A DNA stretch of 64,000 bases from an uncultured archaeon (GCA_000965745.1 CP009479.1:1152001-1216000), one strand, 5' to 3'. Counted from the stretch's first letter, positions 8,836-19,929 are shown. Made by a program: numbers and translations. Notes: generated by a model from the sequence alone, not told the origin.

Positions 8836-10916
8836 TGCCGGAGAAAAATCTGGATGTATCGGTTGAGGCTGGGGCAAGGTTCGCATTCTGTGTTCACTCC
8901 CACCAGCCTGCGGGGAACTCTCCTGATGTCCTGGAGAAGGTTTACGGGAAGTCCTATCTGCCTTTCTTTGAGAAGATGTATGAGCACCCGGGAATCATGT
9001 TAAACGCCCATTTCAGCGGTTATCTTCTCGAATGGCTTATAAAGATGCACCCGGAATATGTCGATATGCTGAAGGAAATGGTTTCCAGGGGACAGCTCGA
9101 AATCCTCGGAGGGGGAATATACGAACCAATTCTTGCGGCAGTTCCCCTGGATGATGCTGTAGGTCAGATAAAAGAGCTCAACAGCCTGGTGCTCAAAACG
9201 TTCGGAACCTATCCGGGTGGAATGTGGCTTGCAGAAAGGGTGTGGGAACCCCATCTGCCAGAGGTAATCAAGCAATCAGGGCTCACCTATACCCTTGTGG
9301 ATGATCTCGGCTTCATGAATGCAGGAATACCGAGAGAATCCCTCTCAGGTTATTACACGTCAGAGTTCAACGGGAGTGAGGTGGCCGTATTTCCGATAAA
9401 TCTCGAGATCCGCGACTCAATACCCTTCTCGGGATACATAAAGGCACTCAACAACATTGAGAGGGCTTCCACGAGAAATTCCGGCAAGCTGATCGTATTC
9501 GGAGACGACTGTGAAAAGTTTGGCTCATGGCCCGGCACCTATGAGGATGTATACAAGAAAAAATGGCTGGAGAGATTTCTGACAGGGCTGGAGAAGAGGA
9601 ATATAGAGACAGTGCACTTTTCCGACTACAAAGAGAGGGAAAGCACAACCGGAATGGTTTACCTGCCCACATGCTCCTATCCGGAGATGATGACCTGGGC
9701 CCTCGATCCGGCGGACCAGAAGAAGGCGGAATCGCTGATGAAGAAGAGGGGCATGGGGAAATCCCGGTTAATGCTGGGTGCCCACTGGAGGAACTTCCTG
9801 ACGAAATACAGCGAATCACTTCAGCTGTACAGGAAAATAAGGTTTGTCAGCGGTATGGTGCAGGAGGCCGGTGTCGATCACGAAGCTAGGATGCACCTGT
9901 ACAGGGGTGAGGCCAATGACGCCATGTGGCACGGAGTTTTTGGAGGCATATATCTTCCCCTGCTCAGGATGAAATCATACTCCAGCCTTATCCATGCCCA
10001 GAAGCTTGCTGAACACTCCCTGAGGAGAGTTGAATACTTCCGCCGGTTTGGCAGCGATCTGATGAGGAAGGATTCGTTCTGCATCTCAACTGGGGGCTTG
10101 TGGGTTTACGGAGGCGCCTCCCACGGCCTTGAAGTTGAGGAAATCGACCTCAAGGATGCAGCCCTTAACCTGACCGACTCTCTAACGAGAAGGGAGGAGG
10201 AATATCATGCCTCAATACAGCGGATACTGAAACGTGGGTCAAGGAAGAAGGGAAACATTGGCAAGGGTGTCTTTGTAAAGGATATAGGTGACATAAGCAG
10301 CCTGATCTACGATCACTCTCCAAGGAGGTCCTTCAAGGATCACTTTATAGGCACGGGGGAAGGGATTGAGGAACACATGGTTTCAGCTGACGAGGATCTG
10401 CACTTGCATTCGACATTCACAGAAATGGCCAACGAGGAGAGATTCTGGATATCCAGAAGTTATCGGGCTAATTTCAGGAATGCCAGTATTGGAATTGACA
10501 AGGAGATCTCGGTCAGGAAGAAATCAAACCAACTTACGGCGGCTTACCGGTTCTCCGGCATTTCTTCAGAGGGGGACACTTTGAGACTGGGCAGTGAGAT
10601 AAACCTTTCCGCATTCTCATCTGATTTTGACAGTATAACTGTCAACGGGAGGAGAATAGAGTCCCTGAAGGGGCGTGCGTTTGAAACCTCAACACTTGCA
10701 CTGGATTATCATGACCTGAATCTCAGGGTAGTTGTGGATGTATCGGGAAGCAAGCTCTTCTGGGTTTACCCAGTCGAAACAATAAGCAATTCTGAGGAAG
10801 GGCTGGAGACCATTCTTCAGGGAGTTTGCGTCATGCCGGTAACAGAACTGTCAGAGGGGGGGAGATTTGAAATATCGATCAAGGCCATGGACATCCCCGC
10901 AGAAAGGAGGTGGTAG
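8832..10916 (+). CDS. GH57 4-alpha-glucanotransferase/alpha-amylase
   Basis: HSHQP, GMWLAERVW (nucleophile E), GDDCEKFGSWPG (acid/base D), NDAMWHGVFGG. Confidence 0.9.
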   Translation: MMPEKNLDVSVEAGARFAFCVHSHQPAGNSPDVLEKVYGKSYLPFFEKMYEHPGIMLNAHFSGYLLEWLIKMHPEYVDMLKEMVSRGQLEILGGGIYEPILAAVPLDDAVGQIKELNSLVLKTFGTYPGGMWLAERVWEPHLPEVIKQSGLTYTLVDDLGFMNAGIPRESLSGYYTSEFNGSEVAVFPINLEIRDSIPFSGYIKALNNIERASTRNSGKLIVFGDDCEKFGSWPGTYEDVYKKKWLERFLTGLEKRNIETVHFSDYKERESTTGMVYLPTCSYPEMMTWALDPADQKKAESLMKKRGMGKSRLMLGAHWRNFLTKYSESLQLYRKIRFVSGMVQEAGVDHEARMHLYRGEANDAMWHGVFGGIYLPLLRMKSYSSLIHAQKLAEHSLRRVEYFRRFGSDLMRKDSFCISTGGLWVYGGASHGLEVEEIDLKDAALNLTDSLTRREEEYHASIQRILKRGSRKKGNIGKGVFVKDIGDISSLIYDHSPRRSFKDHFIGTGEGIEEHMVSADEDLHLHSTFTEMANEERFWISRSYRANFRNASIGIDKEISVRKKSNQLTAAYRFSGISSEGDTLRLGSEINLSAFSSDFDSITVNGRRIESLKGRAFETSTLALDYHDLNLRVVVDVSGSKLFWVYPVETISNSEEGLETILQGVCVMPVTELSEGGRFEISIKAMDIPAERRW

Positions 10917-10917
10917 C

Positions 10918-12702
10918 TTGATCTGGAGTTTCGGATCCAGGTATGTTTCAGAAAATGAAGCTGAATTCAAGGTTTGGCATCCATTCGACAGGGATATTGA
11001 ACTGAAACTTCTCACTTCGAAAAGAACGGTTCCTCTGGAGCAGGAAGATAATGGAATCCTGGCTGCCACTGCAAGAGTAGCCAGAAATGAGCTCTACATG
11101 TACAGGGTGGGCAACTCACTGTTTCCCGATCCGGCTTCCCACTACCAGCCTGATGGTGTGCATGGCCCTTCGATGGTCGTTGACCACTCATCTTATTCCT
11201 GGAGGAATGAGGGATGGAAAGGGCGTCCCATGGACGAGTACATACTGTATGAACTGCATGTTGGAACATTCGGTGAGAAGGGCACATACATGGATGTTTT
11301 GCCGAAGATAGATCATATCAGGAATCTGGGCATCACTGCAGTGGAACTGATGCCAATCAGCCAGTTTCCAGGTCGCAGAAACTGGGGGTATGACGGAGTG
11401 CAACTCTATTCCCCGCAGAACTCATACGGCGAAACCGGAGACCTGAAGAGACTGGTGGATACGTTTCATGGTGCAGGAATTGATGTTGTTCTTGATGTGG
11501 TCTACAACCACGTCGGCCCGGAGGGGAATTATCTTCCCATTTTCGGGCCATACTTCACAAAAAAATATTCGACCCCATGGGGGAAAGCGATCAACTATGA
11601 CGATTCGTATTCCGACATGGTAAGGAAGTTCATCGTTGAAAACGCACTTTACTGGCTTTCCGAATTCAGGTTTGACGGTCTGCGGCTGGATGCCATACAC
11701 GGCATATACGACTTCTCCCCAAGGCATATACTCGAAGAAATAGAGGACGCCGCGGAAGGACTGTCACAGGAAACCGGGAGGAATGTGAACATAATCGCGG
11801 AGAGTGACCTCAACGACCCCGTGCTCGTACAGAGCAAGGAAAGATGCGGCTTTGGGCTTGCCGGCCAGTGGAACGACGACTATCACCACGCCATTCACGC
11901 CTTCCTGACCGGGGAAAGAAATGGTTACTATTCAGATTTCGGCAGATTCGGGCAGATAACAAGGTCCTTGAAAAATGGCTTTGTTTATGACGGCGTCTAT
12001 TCGGAGTACAGGAAGAGGACCAGGGGGGCACCCCTCATGGCGGTTCCCCTGAACAGGCTTGTCGTCTACAGCCAGAACCATGATCAGGTTGGGAACAGGG
12101 CAGGGGCGGATCGCCTGACCTCACTGGTTGCAGTGGAGAAAGTTAAAGCTGCAGCATCCCTGGCCGTACTGTCCCCTTTCACACCCCTGATCTTCATGGG
12201 GGAGGAATACGGCGAAAATGCCCCCTTCAACTATTTCATTGACACAGGAGACAGGAAACTGGCACGTGCAGTAAGGGAAGGGAGGAGCAGGGAATTCATG
12301 AATTTCGGGATGAAGTACGACTTGGACCCCAACAATCCTGAAATGTTTGAGCAGTCGAAGCTGAAATGGGGGCGTATGGATACCAAATCAGGCAAGGCCA
12401 TGTTCAACTTCTACAGGGACCTTGCCAGTGTAAGAAAAACCATAGGAAAGAGAAGAATGGCTCTGCACAGCGTATCTTCCCCGGCAGAAAATCTGATACG
12501 CATATCGTATGGAAAGGATGAAAAACTTGACGTCTTCATCTCCCTCTCCAATGGAAAAATCAGCCTTGAGGGGATTGTCCCCCAAGGCAGCAAGGTCCTG
12601 TTCAGGTCCGGATGGAGGGACTACGGTGGCACTCTGGAACCATCCGGGCAAACAGCAGTTGAGATTGAGCCTTTCGAATCAATCGTTTCATCGCCGCCAT
12701 GA
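10918..12702 (+). CDS. treZ: Malto-oligosyltrehalose trehalohydrolase (GH13)
   Basis: FPDPASHYQPDGVHGPS, RNWGYDG, GLRLDAIH, IAESD, QNHDQVGNR. Start placed at TTG 10918 after the GGAGGTGG RBS. Confidence 0.95.
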   Translation: MIWSFGSRYVSENEAEFKVWHPFDRDIELKLLTSKRTVPLEQEDNGILAATARVARNELYMYRVGNSLFPDPASHYQPDGVHGPSMVVDHSSYSWRNEGWKGRPMDEYILYELHVGTFGEKGTYMDVLPKIDHIRNLGITAVELMPISQFPGRRNWGYDGVQLYSPQNSYGETGDLKRLVDTFHGAGIDVVLDVVYNHVGPEGNYLPIFGPYFTKKYSTPWGKAINYDDSYSDMVRKFIVENALYWLSEFRFDGLRLDAIHGIYDFSPRHILEEIEDAAEGLSQETGRNVNIIAESDLNDPVLVQSKERCGFGLAGQWNDDYHHAIHAFLTGERNGYYSDFGRFGQITRSLKNGFVYDGVYSEYRKRTRGAPLMAVPLNRLVVYSQNHDQVGNRAGADRLTSLVAVEKVKAAASLAVLSPFTPLIFMGEEYGENAPFNYFIDTGDRKLARAVREGRSREFMNFGMKYDLDPNNPEMFEQSKLKWGRMDTKSGKAMFNFYRDLASVRKTIGKRRMALHSVSSPAENLIRISYGKDEKLDVFISLSNGKISLEGIVPQGSKVLFRSGWRDYGGTLEPSGQTAVEIEPFESIVSSPP

Positions 12703-12706
12703 TGCC

Positions 12707-14824
12707 TCAAGGAGGGGATTCCACTATAACAGCAGAACTGTCGGAAGGGACAAGAATACTGCCTTCGGTTAACTTCCTGGGATATTCATCCAGCTTTGTA
12801 TCCCACGTGCAGAGGTAGATGTGGCTCCCCTTGGGGGTTTCGGGAAGCTTGAACTCAACCGCAGTCTGGCTGGGGTTGAAGAGCAGCACGACATCACCGT
12901 CCGTAATGGCTTCACCCTCATACGGTATCTCAGTGGTTATCTGGCCGGATATGTGCGCTGCAACAGGCCTGGAGTCCGCCATTACCCAGTCCTCCTCAGA
13001 CATCTCGCTCCCATCGGGGCGAAGCCAGGTCAGATCCTTTCCATCCGGAGTAGCCTGACCACTGAAGAAATTTCTCCTGTGGAACACAGGGCTGAGTTTC
13101 CTCAGGGCAATCAGGCGCTTCGTGAATTCGAGCAGAGACTCCTTCCTTTCGTCCATTTCCCAGTTCACCCAGCTCATTTCGTTGTCCTGGCAGTAAGCGT
13201 TGTTATTGCCCTTCTGAGTCCTTAGAATCTCGTCACCGGCAAGAAGCATTGGGGAACCCTGTGATGTGAACAGCGTAAGGAGATAATTGCGGATCCTCTT
13301 GTCCCGCAGCCAGGTGATCTCAGGATCATCCGTATCTCCTTCCACACCGAAATTTTCACTGTAGTTCTCATCGGTGCCGTCTGAATTGTTCTGCAGGTTC
13401 GCCTCATTGTGCTTCTCTTCGTAACTTACCAGGTCCCTCATCGTGAACCCGTCGTGGGATGTTATGTAATTAATGCTTGAATACGGATTCTTTCCTATAT
13501 TTTCGTAAAGGTCGGATGATCCAGAAAGTCTCTTTCCGAAATCTCCCAGCATCCACTTATCATCCCTCCAGTATCTCCTCATGGAATCCCTGTACTGGCC
13601 ATTCCATTCTGCCCATTGCAGGGGAAAGTTTCCGACCTGGTACCCTCCGGGCCCAACATCCCAAGGCTCGGCGATCAGTTTCACCTGAGATATGACGGGA
13701 TCCTGGTGAATAATGTCAAAGAAGCCAGAAAGCTTGTCAACATCATACAGCTCACGGGCAAGCGCGGATGCGAGATCAAAGCGGAAACCGTCAACATGCA
13801 TCTCGGTTATCCAGTATCTCAGGCTGTCCATTATAAGCTGTAAAACATGTGGCTGCCGGGCGTCAAGGCTGTTCCCGGTTCCGGTGAAGTCATAGTAAAA
13901 CCTGGGCTGCTCGTTGCTGAGCCTGTAATAGGAGGCGTTGTCAATGCCCCTGAAGCTTAGGGTGGGGCCAAGCTGGTTTCCTTCCGCAGTGTGGTTGTAC
14001 ACAACATCAAGTATCACCTCTATGTCGTTTTCGTGGAGTGTCCTCACCATCTCCTTGAACTCCACTATCTGCGAGCCCGGATATCTTGCCACCGAATACC
14101 TGATGTCCGGGGCAAAAAATGCTATGGTATTGTAACCCCAGTAGTTGGTCAAGTCATTCACCTCGAGCATCATTTCATCGGCATGGTGATGCACGGGCAT
14201 CAGCTCCACCGTGGTGATTCCCAGATCCTTCAGGTACTGAATGACACGATCCGAGGTAAGGCCCCTGTAGGTTCCAGCAATATTGCTGTCAATATCATAC
14301 CTGAGTTTGGTGAACCCTTTCACATGGAGTTCATAAATCATGGTCTTGTTCCACGGGTTCTTTGGGCTGGAAGTACCCTTCCAGTCAAAGTAAGGGTGCG
14401 TCACTACGGATTTCGGGACATTTTTGGCATCGTCGCGCTCGTTTTTTGAGAGGTCTTTTCTATCATCGTTCAGATCGTAACCGAAAATATTATCGCTCCA
14501 GTTGATAGTTCCAGAAAGGGCCTTTGCATAGGGGTCTATCAGGAGCTTTGACTTGTTGAATCTGTGGCCAAGCTCCGGCTTGTACGGCCCGTCAACCCGA
14601 AATCCGTACAGATCGCCGGGTTTTATGCCCGAGACAAACTGATGCCATACATAGGCTGAATTCTCCTTCAGTTCTATAACTTCCTTCGGGTCCGCAGAAT
14701 CATTGAACTCGTACAGTTCAAGATACACAGCTGTTGCGTTCTGGGAGAAAAGTGAAAAATTTACACCATCTTCATAAACTGTCGGTCCAATAGGGTAGGA
14801 AGATCCACGCCTTATTTCTCTCAT
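12707..14824 (-). CDS. treX: Glycogen debranching enzyme / isoamylase (TreX/GlgX)
   Basis: NYWGYNT, GFRFDLAS, IAEPWD, TSHDGF, GNNNAYCQDN. Confidence 0.95.
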   Translation of the reverse strand: MREIRRGSSYPIGPTVYEDGVNFSLFSQNATAVYLELYEFNDSADPKEVIELKENSAYVWHQFVSGIKPGDLYGFRVDGPYKPELGHRFNKSKLLIDPYAKALSGTINWSDNIFGYDLNDDRKDLSKNERDDAKNVPKSVVTHPYFDWKGTSSPKNPWNKTMIYELHVKGFTKLRYDIDSNIAGTYRGLTSDRVIQYLKDLGITTVELMPVHHHADEMMLEVNDLTNYWGYNTIAFFAPDIRYSVARYPGSQIVEFKEMVRTLHENDIEVILDVVYNHTAEGNQLGPTLSFRGIDNASYYRLSNEQPRFYYDFTGTGNSLDARQPHVLQLIMDSLRYWITEMHVDGFRFDLASALARELYDVDKLSGFFDIIHQDPVISQVKLIAEPWDVGPGGYQVGNFPLQWAEWNGQYRDSMRRYWRDDKWMLGDFGKRLSGSSDLYENIGKNPYSSINYITSHDGFTMRDLVSYEEKHNEANLQNNSDGTDENYSENFGVEGDTDDPEITWLRDKRIRNYLLTLFTSQGSPMLLAGDEILRTQKGNNNAYCQDNEMSWVNWEMDERKESLLEFTKRLIALRKLSPVFHRRNFFSGQATPDGKDLTWLRPDGSEMSEEDWVMADSRPVAAHISGQITTEIPYEGEAITDGDVVLLFNPSQTAVEFKLPETPKGSHIYLCTWDTKLDEYPRKLTEGSILVPSDSSAVIVESPP

Positions 14825-14872
14825 AATCTTATTCTCCTCTCATTAGTTATTCATGATTGCAGTCAAATGAAT

Positions 14873-16321
14873 TTAATCACGCAATTTCCGGCATATTTCC
14901 ACAATGGAAGATGCCGGTATCCAGATCCAATTCGGCCTGTATAATGCCTCGTATTTCATTTCGTACACCGCTTTTTCAAGGACGAAAAAGCTGAGTAATT
15001 TCTCGAAATCCTCCCTGTCCGGTGGAAGATAACCCCTGTTTCGCTCATGTTCTTTCCAGTACTGCTCGACCATTGCCTCTACTGCAGCATCCCTGAGCTT
15101 CTCCGTTCTTCCTTCTTTCCCGCTGCTCATAGAAGCAACTGCCGCTGCATAGTCGAATGACCTTACCAACCCCCCGAGGTCCTTTATTGCACAGTTCTTT
15201 GCCCTGCGGTATTCTGCAGACCGTGCGGGCTCTCCCTCAAAATCAATGACAGAATACCCCTGCTCCGTTTTCAGGATCTGCCCCAGGTGATAGTCACCAT
15301 GTATCCTGATCTTTTTCACAACGTCCCCTGTGAGCTTATCCAGCAGCCTTCCTGCATTCTCTATCTCATCCCTTGCGCCAAGTATATCTTCCAGATGGTA
15401 CCCTTCTTCCCTTACATCCAGAGCTGCGATAAGTGGTACTGTCTCGGACACGAGCTTCCTGTACTGTACCTGCCATGATTCAACATCATCATTCCCGATC
15501 AGCTCGGGCGAGAAAGATTCATCATCCGATGCAGAGGAAAGTGCATTGTGCATCTCTGATGTGAGGGCTCCTATCTTTCTGCACTCCCCAAGGATTGCAC
15601 TGTCATCATTCATGAAGGAATCAAGGAAGTATTTCCAGGCTTCTCCACTGTTCTTTTCGTAAACAGACAGGATGCCTCCCATTGCACGAATTGTTTCGCC
15701 TCTGTAGATAGAGTAGGCAAGAGGCCTCGGAGTTATGGATTTTTCAGAGTGCTTATTCAGGAAGTAAGGAACTTCATAATCCGGGTTCGGCATTGTGGAA
15801 AGTTTCCTGAAGCTCTTGTATATGTAGTGATCTCCGAAAATTACTGAAGAATTGCTCTGCTCGGATGTGATCACCCTTGTTTCGTGCATGTTATTGTTGC
15901 TCAAACTTGCCGGTGCAAGATCATTGAGATGGTAGGACACTGTGCCTCTGCCAGACTTGAAGGAAAGTTCCCCTGAAAGCAGGTTCAGGAGCTCATGGTG
16001 GTATTCCGGGTCAGATACGGCATCCGTGATGCTGTATGTCACTCCACCAAAATCTGCAGAAAAGGAAAGCCGGCTGTCAGCAGCCTCCTTCTGCTCGCTT
16101 ATTCTGAGAGGGATCTGGTAAAGATCCTCATTACCGTCATCTGCCATGATTTTCAGTATTGCAAGGAAATAAGAGGACTCTTTGCCAAGCTGAATGATGT
16201 CCGCAATCGCGGCCTGGCCGGCCATTGGGGCCTTTCCCGGAAACCATCTCTGCTTTGCTGCGCTGTTTCGAAGGCCATCCAGGAGGTACCTCTCTGCGTC
16301 TTCAATAGTTATGTCCCTCAA
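14873..16321 (-). CDS. mak: Maltokinase (Mak/Pep2)
   Basis: QRWF N-terminus, EQSNSSV, RIHGDYHLGQIL, IDFEGEP, EKAVYEMKYE; overlaps the treS stop. Confidence 0.9.
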   Translation of the reverse strand: MRDITIEDAERYLLDGLRNSAAKQRWFPGKAPMAGQAAIADIIQLGKESSYFLAILKIMADDGNEDLYQIPLRISEQKEAADSRLSFSADFGGVTYSITDAVSDPEYHHELLNLLSGELSFKSGRGTVSYHLNDLAPASLSNNNMHETRVITSEQSNSSVIFGDHYIYKSFRKLSTMPNPDYEVPYFLNKHSEKSITPRPLAYSIYRGETIRAMGGILSVYEKNSGEAWKYFLDSFMNDDSAILGECRKIGALTSEMHNALSSASDDESFSPELIGNDDVESWQVQYRKLVSETVPLIAALDVREEGYHLEDILGARDEIENAGRLLDKLTGDVVKKIRIHGDYHLGQILKTEQGYSVIDFEGEPARSAEYRRAKNCAIKDLGGLVRSFDYAAAVASMSSGKEGRTEKLRDAAVEAMVEQYWKEHERNRGYLPPDREDFEKLLSFFVLEKAVYEMKYEALYRPNWIWIPASSIVEICRKLRD

Positions 16322-17985
16322 TCCGATGCCTCCCCATTCTCATCCGACCTCAACTGGAACCAGAAGAAAGACCTCGGGGCCATTGTAAAGAAATAGGGAT
16401 CGCTGCCTATGGCGGGAAACGGAGTATTGGACCGGGCTTCAAACGGCTTTAACCCTTCAAATTCAGGAAGCTCCACATGCAGAGACACGGGTTCCCTGGA
16501 CAGGTTCAGGAGAAAAAGCAGATGAACATCATCCCTGTTCCTCATGTAGACGAGGACTTTCCTGTTGTCAGTCTTGGGGAAACTTATTGTTCCAAGCCCT
16601 ATGGTTTCAGAATACTCCCTCCTGGTCCTTATCATCTTTCTAAGCCAGTTCAGGAATGAGGTATTGAGTTCAGACTGGGTCTCCACATTTGCAATTTCAT
16701 AGCTGTATGGAGCCCTGGTTACGATCGGGCTGTACAGTTTCTCAGGATCGGTTGATGAGAAGCCTGCATTTTTTCCCGAAGTCCACTGCATAGGAGTTCT
16801 GACCCCATCCCTGTCTCCGAGCTCAATGTTGTCGCCCATTCCGATCTCATCCCCGTAGTAGAGGATTGGAGTTCCGGGCATAGTGAGAATCAGGCTGTGG
16901 AGCATCTCCATTGTGGGCCTGTCCTGTTCCACAAGAGTTGAGAGCCTCCTCCTGATCCCAAGATTGAGCCTCATCCTTGGAACCTTTGCATACTCCTGGT
17001 ACATCAGGTCCCTCTCCTCATCCGTGACCATCTCAAGCGTCAACTCATCATGGTTTCTCAGGAAAACACCCCACGCACAGTTGTCGGGTATTCCGATAGT
17101 CTGGGCGATCACACTTACTATGGGCAGTGAATCCTCTTTGGCAAGGGCTATGAATATTCTGGGCATCAGCGGGAAATTGAAGGCCATGTGAAACTCATCG
17201 CCGTCTCCAAAGTATTTTGCGGCATCAGTTGGCCACTGGTTTGCTTCGGCAAGAAGGACTATACCGGGAAACTCATCGTCAACCATCTTCCTGAGCTCCT
17301 TGAAATAAAGGTGTGTTTCAGGCAGATTTTCGCAGTTCGTTTCCTCATCCTCGAACAGGTAGGGAACGGCATCACACCTGAAACCATCAACTCCCAACCC
17401 TGCCCAGAAGCGGACCACGTCCTTCACTGCCTCCCTCAATTCAGGGTTCTCATAATTCAGGTCGGGCTGGTGGCTGTAAAACCTGTGCCAGTAGAACTGC
17501 CCTGTTCCCTCATCCCATGTCCAGTTGGATTTTTCTGTGTCTATGAAGATTATCCTCGCGTTCCTGTATTTTTCGTCAGTGTCGCTCCAGACAAACCAGT
17601 CCCTTTTTGGGGAGTCCCTGCTTGATCTGGCTTCCCTGAACCATTCATGCTGATCCGAAACATGGTTCAGAACCAGGTCAATTATGACCTTGAGGCCAAG
17701 GGAATGAGCCTTCTCCAGGAATTCCTTAAAATCCTCGAGTGTCCCGTAATCGGGGTGGATGGAATAATAATCAGAAACATCGTAACCGCCATCCTTCATC
17801 GGCGATTCGTAGAAGGGAAGAAGCCATATGCAGTCCACACCAAGAAACGTGAAATATTCCAGCTTTTCCATCATCCCCCTGAAATCTCCGATCCCGTCTC
17901 CATTGGAGTCAAAGAACGACTTCACAGGAGTCTCGTAAAAGATTGCTTTTTTGTACCACAGCGGGTCATGGTCTGAAGAATTCAC
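16318..17985 (-). CDS. treS: Trehalose synthase (maltose alpha-D-glucosyltransferase)
   Basis: DPLWYKKAIFYE, ARIIFIDTEKSNW, GFRCDAVPY, LAEANQWP, LRNHDELTLEMV. Confidence 0.97.
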   Translation of the reverse strand: MNSSDHDPLWYKKAIFYETPVKSFFDSNGDGIGDFRGMMEKLEYFTFLGVDCIWLLPFYESPMKDGGYDVSDYYSIHPDYGTLEDFKEFLEKAHSLGLKVIIDLVLNHVSDQHEWFREARSSRDSPKRDWFVWSDTDEKYRNARIIFIDTEKSNWTWDEGTGQFYWHRFYSHQPDLNYENPELREAVKDVVRFWAGLGVDGFRCDAVPYLFEDEETNCENLPETHLYFKELRKMVDDEFPGIVLLAEANQWPTDAAKYFGDGDEFHMAFNFPLMPRIFIALAKEDSLPIVSVIAQTIGIPDNCAWGVFLRNHDELTLEMVTDEERDLMYQEYAKVPRMRLNLGIRRRLSTLVEQDRPTMEMLHSLILTMPGTPILYYGDEIGMGDNIELGDRDGVRTPMQWTSGKNAGFSSTDPEKLYSPIVTRAPYSYEIANVETQSELNTSFLNWLRKMIRTRREYSETIGLGTISFPKTDNRKVLVYMRNRDDVHLLFLLNLSREPVSLHVELPEFEGLKPFEARSNTPFPAIGSDPYFFTMAPRSFFWFQLRSDENGEASD

Positions 17986-17990
17986 CTTAA

Positions 17991-19928
17991 TTACCTCACA
18001 AGCCTCAGTATGTGTGCAGACTGCTCACCCGGTTTCAGGCTCACGTGATTGTATTCGCCCTGCCACTCATAAACCTGATCCCTCATCAGGTCCCTCACCT
18101 TGAATGGTTTTCCATAGGGGATATTCAATTTCCACAGAGGAATTCTGATCCTTCCAGTGTGCGCCTCGAAGGGGTTTATGTTGACAATTATGATCAGAGG
18201 GTCTTCCGGATCGTCAGCCCAGCGCATGTATGCAACCATGTTAGGATTGTCTTTTTCAAGAAACTCTATGTTTCTGAAGCTCTGGAGCTGCATGTTCTCA
18301 CTCCTGATCATGTTCAGCCTGGCTATATGCGCTTTTATGTTTCCCTTCTGGCCGAAATTTCTTGCCCTGATCTCATACTTCTCGGAATTTAAATATTCTT
18401 CAGTTCCCGGCACCCCTTTGTTCTCGCAGAGTTCAAACCCGCTGTATATCCCCCACATTGGAGAAAGGGTTGCAGCAAGGACGGATCTCATAATGAAGGC
18501 TGGCCTGCCGCCTTCACGAAGCACGGCAGTCAGGATGTCAGGCGTGTTTGCAAAAAGGACAGGCCTGAAGTGTTTACCTGCTTTTCCCCCCGATATCTCC
18601 TTGAAATACTGTTCTATTTCCCAGTCATAATTCTTCCAGGTGAAGAAGCTGTATGAGCATGTGAATCCTATCCTTGAAAGCTTGTACATCACCTTTGGCC
18701 TTGTGAATGCTTCGGCAAGGAAGATTACATCCGGGTGCTCTTTCTTTATGTCTCCCAGTATCTCTTTCCAGAAATTGAAGGGCTTGGTGTGGGGGTTGTC
18801 TACCCTGAACACCCTGACTCCAACCTCTATCCAGTAAAGGAAAATACTTTTGAGTTCCTCCCATAGCTCCTTCCAGTTAGGATTGTCAAAGTTGAACGGA
18901 AAGATGTCATAGTACTTCTTGGGTGGATTCTCCGCGTACCTTATTGACCCATCAGGCCGGTGGTAGAACCACTCGGGGTGCTCGGACACGTAGGGGTGAT
19001 CAGGGGAACACTGGAACGCGATATCGAGTGCGATCTCGATTCCAGCCCTGCGTGCTTTCCTCAACAACCTCTTGAAGTCATTCAGGGTTCCCAGGTCCGG
19101 GTTTATGGACTTGTGACCGCCGAATGCGTTTCCTATGGCCCATGGGCTCCCAGGATCGCCCTTCTTCGCTTTCATCGCGCCATTCTTCCCTCTCCTGTTT
19201 GTTGCACCTATCGGATGAACGGGCGTCAGGTAGAGTATATCAAAACCCAGGGATTTCACATATTCAAGCGTGCTTTCGCAATCCCTGAACGTACCAGGTC
19301 TTCCCGGATCATCCGTCTGTGACCTTGGAAAAATCTCATACCAGCTTGAAAAAAATCCATAATGCGGAACAGACTCGATCTCAAGAACCGGGGAGTATGT
19401 TTTCAGCTTTGTTTTTTTCTGGTACTTCCTGAATACTGATACTGCTTCGGCGCTCTCGCCCAGAGCGATCGCATCCTTCACAGAGTATTCACTGTAGAGT
19501 GTCAGCATGGATTTGAGAAGCCTCTTCTCACCCTTGCTGGCCTTTCTGCGTATCGATGCAATGAGATTTTCAATGGTGTGAAAATCCGGGGAAATATCTT
19601 CCCCCGCATCAAGCCATTTCCTGATATTCTTAATCGCACCGGTATATCTATCGACCCACGCCTGCACCGTAAATTCATACATTCCAGGTGGGCCAATCCT
19701 GAGGTTGCAGGACCATCTGTCGTTGTCCCCTTTCTTCATGGGCCTGTATTTCCAGCCTCTATCTCCGATTCTCCTGTACCTGATCCTGGCATCTACCAAC
19801 TCAGTTCCATGAATGTAGATGTCTGCAGATACTGCCAGCCTCCGGCCTGAATTGGCTTTGTAGGGGCTTTTTCCGCCTGCCACTGATGGAAATACATTCT
19901 CGATAACTATCTGGTCGGAAACCCTCAT
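17991..19928 (-). CDS. glgE: Alpha-1,4-glucan:maltose-1-phosphate maltosyltransferase
   Basis: WYEIFPRS, PGSPWAIG, YAENPPKKYYDI, FRVDNPHTKP, FLAEAFT, NTPDIL, SEKYE. Start placed at ATG 19928, just after the glgB stop. Confidence 0.95.
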   Translation of the reverse strand: MRVSDQIVIENVFPSVAGGKSPYKANSGRRLAVSADIYIHGTELVDARIRYRRIGDRGWKYRPMKKGDNDRWSCNLRIGPPGMYEFTVQAWVDRYTGAIKNIRKWLDAGEDISPDFHTIENLIASIRRKASKGEKRLLKSMLTLYSEYSVKDAIALGESAEAVSVFRKYQKKTKLKTYSPVLEIESVPHYGFFSSWYEIFPRSQTDDPGRPGTFRDCESTLEYVKSLGFDILYLTPVHPIGATNRRGKNGAMKAKKGDPGSPWAIGNAFGGHKSINPDLGTLNDFKRLLRKARRAGIEIALDIAFQCSPDHPYVSEHPEWFYHRPDGSIRYAENPPKKYYDIFPFNFDNPNWKELWEELKSIFLYWIEVGVRVFRVDNPHTKPFNFWKEILGDIKKEHPDVIFLAEAFTRPKVMYKLSRIGFTCSYSFFTWKNYDWEIEQYFKEISGGKAGKHFRPVLFANTPDILTAVLREGGRPAFIMRSVLAATLSPMWGIYSGFELCENKGVPGTEEYLNSEKYEIRARNFGQKGNIKAHIARLNMIRSENMQLQSFRNIEFLEKDNPNMVAYMRWADDPEDPLIIIVNINPFEAHTGRIRIPLWKLNIPYGKPFKVRDLMRDQVYEWQGEYNHVSLKPGEQSAHILRLVR

Positions 19929-19929
19929 T

